From NCBI GenBank assembly GCA_965235115.1, contig OZ249436.1, forward strand, positions 47,928,001 through 47,992,000: a DNA stretch of 64,000 nt. The letters are read 5' to 3'. Origin of the DNA: Laetmonice hystrix (lineage: Eukaryota). Below are positions 28,957 to 39,133 of the stretch, piece by piece. Below the pieces are notes generated by a model. The model was not told where the DNA came from and searched no databases. It worked only from the letters and a program-made list of their open reading frames with translations. Made by a program: the position numbers and the translations under genes. The first letter of the stretch is position 1; each line of letters begins with the position of its first letter.

Positions 28957-29020
28957 GCGGCGGTGGCGCGGCGGCGGCGACGGCGGCGGCGGCGGTGGCG
29001 GCGGCGGTGGCGGCGACGGC
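28957..29020. repeat. (GGC)n-like microsatellite
   Basis: ggcggcggtggcgcggcggcggcgacggcggcgg... Confidence 0.85.
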
Positions 29021-29585
29021 AGGAGGGGGCGAATACACAAAGTACCTTTAATTATATTGCACCAAACACCGACACCTACTCGTCCAACGAATCCCCGCCT
29101 TCCACTCCCTACCTTTGGTATATACTTGACAGCTTTCGTGCAGTCTTGAGGGACCTCATCCCCTTGTTCGAAAGCTAGGTCTGCCTCATCTGGGGAGTGC
29201 CTCATCCTATGAACCGGGCCTCTCTCATTTATGGTAGATCACGCCCGGCATAGGTTCAGGAATGTAAACATACCATGTTGACAAAGACAACCGACCGTGT
29301 GTGGCACCAAGTCTCTGGAGAACATTCTCTACATGGTGGCGGGAGCTGTAATATGATCCGTCCCTCGGAAACGTATTACTCTTGTAATGTAATGTAATGT
29401 AATGAATATGTATAGCGCTCCGTCTTCGGGTCCTTTAAACCTCTCCGCAAATCTCCATTTGTGTATTTAATACAGATGTCAAGAGCTACGGCACAGTTTG
29501 TTAATTGTACTAAATAGGAGTCGGAACACTTTTCAGAATCAATTGTCTCGTGTTAGGCACAGAGAATGAAGTTTTTGCCATCGGC

Positions 29586-30120
29586 TTTAATTACTGCACC
29601 ATTGCGGCTGGTATCGTTGATGTTTAATTACTGCACCATTGCGGCTGGTATCGTTGATGTTTAATTACTGCACCATTGCGGCTGGTATTGTTGATGTTCA
29701 ATTACTGCACCATTGCGGCTGGTATTGTTGATGTTCAATTACTGCACCATTGCGGCTGGTATCGTTGATGTTTAATTACTGCACTATTGCGGCTGGTATC
29801 GTTGATGTTTAATTACTGCACCATTGCGGCTGGTATCGCTGATGTTTAATTACTGCACCATTGCGGCTGGTATCGTTGATGTTTAATTACTGCACCATTG
29901 CGGCTGGTATCGTTGATGTTTAATTACTGCACCATTGCGGCTGGTATCGTTGATGTTTAATTACTGCACCATTGCGGCTGGTATCGTTGATGTTTAATTA
30001 CTGCACCATTGCGGCTGGTATCGTTGATGTTTAATTACTGCACCATTGCGGCTGGTATTGTTGATGTTCAATTACTGCACCATTGCGGCTGGTATTGTTG
30101 ATGTTTAACTACTGCACCAT
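29586..30120. repeat. Minisatellite, 37-bp unit, ~14 copies
   Basis: tttaattactgcaccattgcggctggtatcgttgatg repeated. Confidence 0.95.
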
Positions 30121-30175
30121 CTGGTATCGTTGATGAGTCACTTACTACGGTTTCCATCACACATGTCATTGCACG

Positions 30176-30832
30176 CCCCCCCCCCAATAATGTCACAGAC
30201 TATATTAGCCCCCCCCCCAAGTAATGTCACAGACTATACTAGGACCCCCCCCCCAAAAAAAAAATGTCACAGACTACTAGGGCCCCCCCCCCCAATAATG
30301 TCACAGACTATACTAGGACCCCCCCCCCAATAATGTCACAGACTATACTAGGACCCCTCAAATAATGTCACAGACTACTAGGCCCCCCCCCCCAATAATG
30401 TCACAGACTATACTAGCCCCCCCAATAATGTCACAGACTATACTAGCCCCCCCAATAATGTCACAGACTACTAGGCCCCCCCCCAATAATGTCACAGACT
30501 ATACTAGGACCCCCCCCCAATAATGTCACAGACTATACTAGGACCCCTCAAATAATGTCACAGACTACTAGGCCCCCCCCCCAATAATGTCACAGACTAT
30601 ACTAGCCCCCCCCCCCCAATAATGTCACAGACTATACTAGGACCCCTCAAATAATGTCACAGACTACTAGCCCCCCCCCCCCCAATAATGTCACAGACTA
30701 TACTAGCCCCCCCCCAATAATGTCACAGACTATACTAGCCCCCCCCCCCAAATAATGTCACAGACTACTAGGGCCCCCCCCTCCCCCAAGTAATGTCACA
30801 GGCTATACTAGGACCCCCCCCCCCCCCCCCCA
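30176..30832. repeat. Minisatellite, ~30-35-bp unit with variable poly-C, ~20 copies
   Basis: aataatgtcacagactatactag followed by C-runs of variable length. Confidence 0.9.
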
Positions 30833-31121
30833 AAAAAAAAGGAATAAATTACGAGGACAAACGTTTAGGCCTCGGATCAAACATATTTAAATATAAAAAA
30901 GAAACTTTATGTCACATTTACCAAAAAAGAAACTTTATGTCACATTTACCAAAAAAGTACAGATTTGTCGTAATTATGTTCCAGGGGCTGGCCACAATTC
31001 AAGACAATATACCGGGTACTATACAAAATCAGATTTAAAGGAAAGTTATGGTATTAGCTCAAATCTGCCCCTAGCTCCTTCCCACCCTAACCCTAGCCCT
31101 GCTCCTGCCCCTAACTCCTAC

Positions 31122-31493
31122 CCACCCCTAGCCCTGTCTCTGCAGCGAACTCCTACCCACCCCTATAGCCCTGTCTCTGTCCCGAACTCCTTCCCACCCC
31201 TATAGCCCTGTCTCTGTCCCGAACTCCTTCCCACCCCTATAGCCCTGTCTCTGTCCCGAACTCCTTCCCACCCCTATAGCCCTGTCTCTGTCCCGAACTC
31301 CTTCCCACCCCTATAGCCCTGTCTGTCCCGAACTCCTTCCCACCCCTATAGCCCTGTCTCTGTCCCGAACTCCTACCCACCCCTATAGCCCTGTCTCTGT
31401 CCCGAACTCCTACCCACCCCTATAGCCCTGTCTCTGTCCCGAACTCCTACCCACCCCTATAGCCCTGTCTCTGTCCCGAACTCCTTCCCACCC
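31122..31493. repeat. Minisatellite, 37-bp unit, ~10 copies
   Basis: ccacccctatagccctgtctctgtcccgaactccttc repeated. Confidence 0.95.
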
Positions 31494-31919
31494 AAGCCCC
31501 TTACTTCACACCTTGTTAGATGTTAGTCTGCATCAAGCAGAATCATTAGAATATACCAGAAAAGGGTACAGGAGCAGTTTTAGCATGCATTTTATCCACT
31601 CAATATTTTCATTTACGTCTGCAGTGTATGGTGTCAACTGATCTTGGTACCTGTTCTGCCAATAAGATTGATTAAAAAGGTTCCAAGTGATGTTAGCCCC
31701 TTTTACAGTTTTTTAAACCTTACTTCACTCATCTTCTCAAATTGATAAAAAAGGGTTACCAAACATTTGAGATTTGTAATCACAATAGTTGCCATATTAA
31801 ACAGAAATCACGTGCAAAATTAATACATTGAGATGCATGTCAAATAGTGTGTCCCTGTGTACAGTGGTTAGGTATCACAGGTAGAAAACTCTTCAGACTT
31901 CAGCCTCGTATCGTATGAA

Positions 31920-33992
31920 CACTGGCTACACACTGATCATCGTAACGCGCGTTACGCTGATCCAAGATGGACGATCCCGATGCTCGCTTCGCGTGTTTTT
32001 GTTCAAGTTACAAGGGCTACGGTGCATCAACAACATAAAACAACATCTGAATATCATGATAACAATGTGTGCCTGCCGTTTGTCTCAGTTTGGGGTCCTA
32101 GACGGGCGTAGATTAAGAGAAAATGGACGCAGAAGATTTGGCGATGATACCCGTAACGCGCAGCGCTGATCCCCGTAACGCAAGTTTAATTTGGTGACAG
32201 GATAGGCGTAACGCGGCACCTAAACCTTTCACTGAGCCTAGGCTAAAGGTTTTTACGTAGACGAGTAGACGACTTTCAACATCGGCTCGTGATCTGATAA
32301 TGAATCTCAACTTTGTAATGAGCATTATCTACTTCAGTATGAATGTAAAACCATGAGGTACACGTATATAATAGGGCCCGGATTAACAGCGTGTGTGATA
32401 CTATACTATACTATAGGTGTTACCATACAGAGTGTGTGTGGACCCCAGGGCGGGGTCACGAATCTAAGACATGCCTGGCAGGCACCATGAGAGATCGAGA
32501 TGCTTTGTCCTTCCCCAGTACCCCGGGGTAGAGCACCCTGACTCCTCCGTACAGGGAGTACGCTAGTGAATTTTGGGTATTAGCCACAGTGGCTAACAAC
32601 TGAGGAAAAGAACTAGCCACAGGGAAAAAGTTTTAGCCACAGTTGTTTTGATGTTTTTTATTTAGGTAACCAGAGTTCATTATACATGTATTATACAGTC
32701 TTAATTTCTCTGTATAATATAAAGTACATGTATGTACTTTCATTTGCCAGCTGTGTGTCGGCCTAGTGAACGTTTTTGGGGGAATAAGCTGTCATATATC
32801 TCGAGGATAACTCTACACAAGTGGCCCTCTTGAGCAGCAAGAATATTGGGATCCAGTACAGTACACCTACACCTCAGAGGAGGCCTGGCCCACATTGACG
32901 GGTACCTAGGCTATAATACCCTCTCATCACAGCGATCCCCCCCCCTGACAGTCCCCACCCTTCACACCCCCGACCCCCGTACTGAGCGGCCGAGCTGCCT
33001 CCCCACCTTCATGCCATGATTGTGACCTCAGCCATGCTATGTGTCGCCTGTCCTCTCCTGGTACACTCAGCCTGCCAGGTAATCGGGATAGATTAAACTA
33101 GGCCTATATTACTCCTACAGGCTGACTGGCATCTGTCATAAACTCACCCCAGATGGACTGGACCCAGGCCGGGGAGACGGGCCAGTACTGAGGGTCGGCC
33201 TGACCTGGGGTAGTCCGTAGTAGACTAGGGGGAACAGACGCATACGGGCGGCTGGCCTGGCCTGGCGGAGAGACCGGGTCGGGTGGGTCGGTCACCCTGG
33301 TCTCTGACCACCCACATCACACCGACACACGTGCTCCAACCACAGTCAGTGGTGGATCAGGCGTGCATGGGGGGGGGGGGGGGGGGGGGGACCTGGGCTA
33401 TAAACTGGAGACAGCTGGAATTTGCAGGCGTGGCGAATTTGGTGGTTTATTTTGGCAGTGGAACTCGCCACAGGCTAGAAGTATTCGCGTTTGCGAGCGT
33501 GGCTACCGCTAACGTACTCCGTTCTACATGAAATTAAACTGTCAAAACTCTGCCACGACCTGCACAAGATTTCAAATAACACAAACAATTAAATTCCCTT
33601 CAAACGAAAACTGGTGAGAATGGTTTTTCTACTTGAAAGACGAAGAATAAAGGCAGTACAGCTTACGAGTGAATGGCAGGCTAACCAGCAATGAGTCGCG
33701 TTACGGGTATCAATAATTCGCGTTACGGGTATCATTTGTCAACATGCTTGTCCGCGTTACGGGTATCACAGCGAAAATTTTCGGAGCGATTTTTGAGATT
33801 TCTAGGCAATCTCAGGCGCCGAGGTTCACCAAACATGATGCCACCATTACAATAAACAACTCTGACGTCTTACAGATGAATCAGAGACGCGGAACTGCTT
33901 GAAATACGCCTAGTTTTAGTTGAAGCGAGACCTGCCTTCCTCCATCTTGGATCAGCGTAACGCGCGTTACGATGATCAGTGTGTAGCCAGTG
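31920..33992. mobile_element. Non-autonomous DNA transposon, copy A (CAC termini, 52-bp TIR, 5-bp TSD; Transib-like)
   Basis: Perfect 52-bp TIR cactggctacacactgatcatcgtaacgcgcgttacgctgatccaagatgga. ATGAA duplicated at 31915-19 and 33993-97. Subterminal gatacccgtaacgcg repeats. Near-identical inverted copy at 52275-54344. No transposase ORF. Confidence 0.9.
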
Positions 33993-35049
33993 ATGAACTC
34001 GTATCACAGACCACCTCACACGGTTCGAACATCAAGATTATCTTATCACGTGTTGCTGTACCACAGCAAAATCGCATGAGGCCGGCTAGACTCGTAGCGG
34101 GAACGATCTCCGATTTGACAGGCTAAGCCTTTCCCACGGTAGTACCATTCCCACGACGCCAGGTTAGAGTTAGGGATTACCAGTCAAAGTCAAAGTCCCT
34201 TGTCAAAGTGACGGTCATAAAATTAACAAGTTTAGCCTTGTCAACATGACGACTTGCCAGGGTGCCTGGCAAAAAGTTGTCAAACTGGCGACTCTCGCTT
34301 CGTCAATGACAATGGGACGACTGGATCACTTGTCTCTTCCTGTAAGAGAATAAACTGAAGTCAGTCACAAAAATAAATTATTACTTCATTCACATTTCAT
34401 TGTTAAACTGTTAGATTCCGGTAGTCAATCTTAACCCCAGGGGTATTTTGTGCGATCGCCACACAAACCCTAACCAAATTTAAACTGGTTTATTATCCCA
34501 TCCCCCCGATAGGGGATGGGATCTTAATGGTTTCGTCTTCCGTATTATTATTCCCGTAGTTGGAGTAGTTGCATTTGCACGTGTATCTCAGTCATTGATA
34601 AAGATATCCAAATGAAACTTGGCAGGGACATTCGCCATGGTAGAGAGAATCGACCTCTATAATTATTACGTCATACGACGTCACATCATGACGTCATGAC
34701 GTATTTTGCATTTTAAACTTATAGGCATTTCTTGAAGTCATAATCCATAGTTTCCCAAAACTTTTCATAGCCTAATAATCGGGCATAGACCCTTTTTACT
34801 AATATTCATTATTTTGACCTTTGACCTTTGATGTCATGGAAAAGTAGGTCACATGTCCGAAAGTGCTCAAGTCATATCACCTCCGCCATTTTTTGAGAAA
34901 ATATGATAATTTTTAGTGGCCAGGCCTTCTATAGTGAGCTTTGTTTGAACTCGTCGGAAATAAGCAATTTGACCTATTTTCGCCGAACCACGTGACTTTG
35001 AAGTTTGTCACTTTTGACATTTTTTTCTAAAACTGCTTCAGTCATTTAA

Positions 35050-35389
35050 AGGTGCTATTCGTGAACAAAAATTCAATTTTTTTATTTTTAATTATGTTGA
35101 CGTTTATGTGATCCCACCTATCATGGAAATAGATTCACAACAAAGGAAATCAAAATTTTTCATGGATAACGGCACAAATGGGGCTCTCTCAGAAGGCCTG
35201 TGGAGACCCTGACACGCCCCACCATAGGAAATGGCTCTATCTCGGTGCGCACCGAGATAGGTTTCAAATGCTGCACACAAACTAATAGAAGGTTTATCAG
35301 GCCAATGGTATCGGTAGGAATCTTTTCTAGTACTATGTGCACAATGTATGATAGGAGAAATGCCATTCTGTGCGAGACGAATAGCACCT
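35050..35389. mobile_element. MITE with TTAA TSD (Kolobok-like AG...CT termini)
   Basis: ttaa|aggtgctattcgt ... acgaatagcacct|ttaa. Confidence 0.8.
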
Positions 35390-36039
35390 TTAAGAATCGT
35401 GTATTTGGTCATTAGATATGTGCTGCTATGGACGATTGATCACTTTACATAATTCTTTTCATAAATTTACCAATAATTTTTAATTTATGATGAAATATCT
35501 GTAGTCTGACTTTGACAGGCTCTACCTGAAACGTGTTTAAGATAGCCACATGCCAATACAACAATTACAAAGTCTATAGATTCAGGTATACCACTGATTG
35601 TTTAGTTCTTTTTTTGGAAAGGTAATTTGATCAGAATTGTAAGTTTTAATGGATAACAATGATATTTTTACACTGACGGTTGGCATCTCTGAATATACAG
35701 AACCCCCGCTGAGATGCCAGGGCCCGGGTCGGCAGAGGGTTGCGTAACTGCTGATGATAAGGGCGGCTGTCCGCCTGGTCGCTTGTGACTACTCCCTCCT
35801 CCGTCAGGGTGAGGTTGGAGGAATGTGATTGTGTATTCAGAATACACAAAGTGACAATTTGCCATAGGCCTAGAGCTAAACCCTTCCCAGTCGGGAAGTG
35901 ACCTAATGCTTAGATCAGAGTGAGGTCACTTTTTCCTCACAGTTGTGAGGTCGCAAGTGCGATCTCATGGTGAGCTCATATTGACATCAGAGCTGTGACC
36001 TCACAGACCTGAGATCATTATGATGTCAGTATGATCTCA

Positions 36040-36490
36040 TGAGGTCAGAATGAGATATAATTCCGACATCACCCTGATATTACATAAATGTCAGCTGGTG
36101 AGATCACACATTAATCTCACAGCAATCCCATAATGATATCACTATGCGAGAACAAATAGTGAGATCTTTCTGATGTCAGAATGTTATAAAATTCCGACAT
36201 CACCTTGATATCACGTAAATCTCAGCTGGTGAGATCACACATTGGTCTCACAGCAATCTCATGACTTCACGATGGGAGAACAAATAGTGAGATATTTCTT
36301 ATGTCAGAATGTTATAAAATTCCGACATCACCTTGATATCACATAAATCTCAGCTGGTAAGATCACACATTCATCTCACAGCAATCTCATAATGACTTCA
36401 CTATGTGAGAACAAATATTAAGATCTTTCTGATGTCAGAATGTTATAGAATTCCGACATCACCTTGATATCACGTAAATCTCAGCTGGTG
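36040..36490. repeat. Diverged tandem repeat, ~130-bp unit, ~3.5 copies
   Basis: attccgacatcacc...ctcagctggtgagatcacacatt recurs at ~36060, 36191, 36320, 36450. Confidence 0.85.
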
Positions 36491-37514
36491 GCGCTGTTAT
36501 CATTGAGATTGACTAGACTGTCCGAAACACAGTCTATAGGTGAACTTCTAGCGACTTCAAATAATTCACACGTTATCCAAAAACATCTATTCATTGTTTA
36601 AAATTACGCTTTATGTTTTCGTTGATTGTGAAAAGAACAATATAGGGACGTAGAGATGATATTTTGTTTTTAAACAACCCAGTATAGAAAACACCAATTT
36701 GAATTTCCGACGGGAAACATCAATAGTGAGGACGGGGGTATGGGTGTTAAGCGTCAGTGCTTAACTGGCACAGGAGATACTACAGCGTGCCCACGCAATG
36801 GTTAGAACTGCCTAAGCCAGGATTTTTTCTAGAATGTCCCTGTGGGAACCCAGGAAGGTGGTGCGACAACGTCATTTGAAAAATATATTGGTACTGTTAT
36901 GTCAGAGAGATGTCAAAATGATCTCACAGTGAGAGATAAAATGGTGAGATCGCAGTGAGAATATAGCTGTAGGAAAGAAGAAATAGCTATAGGAAAGAAA
37001 AAATTGATTGTCGGGCGGTAGTCTTGCGCTAGCACTGAAGGGCCTGCCTGGCGCCGCCTGGCGTGGGCACCTCCCTCTATATATCCCCACTCTTTCTTTT
37101 TGAAGAATTGACAAAAATTATTGTTAGGCTAACTCAAAATACAGCCACGGGCCCAGGATTTTCGGCAGAGGGGTCTCCAAAATCGAAATGAAAATGAAAA
37201 TCGATGTTGATAGATCACCAATATTATTGAAACAGCTATACTGAAAGGGGGCCAGGTAGAGCTATGGTTACTATTGAAGCTATAATAGGAACATGTTCTT
37301 TCAAAAGATACCAAAATCTATGACGTCATTGATAGATGACCAATATTAATTATTGAGGTCATATAGGAAGTAATAATATATGCTCTTTCGATCTACGGGC
37401 CTATCGATGACATGGAGGTAGTCTAACATGATAATGTATCTATGATTTTCATTGCCAGGGGATGGGATACAAGATGTTGGCCCAAGCCACATCGGCGCTA
37501 GTTTTGTCCGCTTT

Positions 37515-37550
37515 TGTGTGTGTGTGGGTGTGTGTGTGTGTGTGTGTGTG
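37515..37550. repeat. (TG)n microsatellite, left half of the insertion target
   Basis: tgtgtgtgtgtgggtgtgtg...tg immediately left of the left TIR. Confidence 0.9.
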
Positions 37551-37552
37551 TA

Positions 37553-37666
37553 TGTTAATGGCGTAAAGTGTGGACAAGTGTCAGTTTACACACCCTCAAA
37601 GCGTGGACCATGGCAAAGCGTGGACGTCCACAGTTTGTTTTCTTTCAAAAACCGACTTGTGAGGAC
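37553..37666. repeat. Left TIR plus subterminal copies of the core motif (AAAGYGTGGAC / GTGAGGAC)
   Basis: aaagtgtggac 37565, aaagcgtggac 37598 and 37615, gtgaggac 37659. These are the reverse complement of the GTCCTCACTTT motif found through the rest of the element. Confidence 0.75.
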
Positions 37667-37669
37667 TCT

Positions 37670-37984
37670 GTGTAGCGCCCCCTGTCGTCCCTTTCGTGAA
37701 CTAGGCCATGTCCACCAATAGCGGCGTTTAGCGGATGTGTGAGTGTGTGGTAGCCGCGCCGAGTGTATGTGCCCCTTTCCGCAGGTCCTCTCTTTATCGG
37801 TAACAGTAAGAATATAGTTTCACTAAAATCCGTTAGGGGGCTGCGCGCTCCCCGCAGCGATGTTTCACGTTGAGTTTTATATATTTTGATGGTGACTCTG
37901 CCTGGAGAGTGTCAGCAGGTCCACGGAACGCGCGGTCAGGGTCAATCAGTCCTCGGAGGGTGCGCAAGGAGCCAGTACACTCAG
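37670..37984 (+). promoter_or_regulatory. Probable promoter / non-coding first exon of the element gene
   Basis: CpG-richer segment just inside the left end, ending in a donor-like cag|GTTAGT at 37984/5. The ATG exon at 39024 begins with an acceptor, so an upstream 5'-UTR exon is implied. Confidence 0.35.
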
Positions 37985-39027
37985 GTTAGTCTCTAACTTG
38001 GTAAAATAGTATTTTAACCCGTATTAGACCCTACTTGACAATGTTGGAATACAAACAGGACGGTTGTTAGATCTACTGTCTTATTATTAACATAACAATT
38101 GACCCGTGTAGCCAATTAAAACCCTTCTAGACAATCAATGAGTATCAAAATTCGAGAAGGGCCCGAGAACACGCCCTCCCACTATCCACCATATTACATT
38201 TCATCATCATCAATCTTCCCCCCATCTACATTCAGGAAATGTGGAGAATTCCTAGACTATATCAAAGCGCCACTTAGACCCATTATAAAGTTACCATTAT
38301 AATAATTGGGGATGGCGCCTGCATAACTGCGAACAAACTGGGAGCCTGACCCTATTAATGTTAATCTTTTTTGGTACCATTCATTGTCCTCACTTTGAAG
38401 GCCACATTTTTCGTAAATGTGTCCAGACCTTTTAGCCTGGCTTTCCGTTCAGTGGCGGATCTAGGGGCAAGGGTGTAGCCTTAGGGGGTTTCCGGGTTGC
38501 CTGGAAACCTCCTCCCCTCCCCCAAAAAGATAATTAATAGATAATTAAATAGATATAAATGATTGACTAATATTATGGTTGGAACCCCCCCCCCCCCCAC
38601 TTTTAGTTGGAACCCCCCCCCCCCCATCTCGATTCTGCCTACACCCCGGAGGGGGGTGTCTGCGACGTCCGAACCCCGCCCCCCCCCCCTCAAATTTCCC
38701 AAATTTCATTTTTAACCAAAATATAACAATCTCTAGGAGTTGTAGAGGATAATTTCATTTTCCTAAAACATGGCCAAAGTTGTCCTTGGTGGCCAAAGTA
38801 ACCCCAGTTTACTTATTCCATGTTTTAATTGGTTTGTCATTTGTAAAAATTATTTTTTATGCCTGTATTAAACTCGGATAACCTTGTGTGTCCTCCCTTT
38901 GTATAGGCCTAGGTTTATATTACTTAGTTTGTGTCCTCACTCCTAACTTACTCAAGTGACCCCGTTGCACTAGGTTGATTATACTTTAAAAATTTGCAGA
39001 CATTTTCACTTATTTTACATTAGGAAC

Positions 39028-39133
39028 ATGCCACGGCAGAGCAGGAAACCACCGGAAGAAGTGGCAAAGCAGTATATTCGATCAAACAGTGACCCACCTT
39101 GGATATGTGAACAACACATCAGTGATGAAAAAG
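39028..39133 (+). CDS. Coding exon 1 (MPRQSRKPPEEVAKQYIRSNSDPPWICEQHISDEKG), pre-SET / start of SET
   Basis: Acceptor ttacattAG|gaacATG, donor AAAG|gtcagt (phase 1). Joins to form KGRGV. Confidence 0.75.

Larger units (their letters stand above)
34490..37503 (+). mobile_element. Helentron-associated / DINE-1-like non-autonomous element (HINE) with nested insertions
   Basis: 5' T-run then subterminal repeat tatcccatcccc (34494-34505), followed by its local inverse ggggatgggat (34512-22). 3' complement ggggatgggata (37458-69), stem-loop gatgttggc-ccaa-gccacatc (37473-93), then ctag and a T-run. Confidence 0.6.

Noticed and set aside
32554..33520. Nested element within the Transib-like copy (ggagtacgctag ... 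ctaacgtactcc)
   Set aside because: Only ~12-bp imperfect inverted match and no TSD found.
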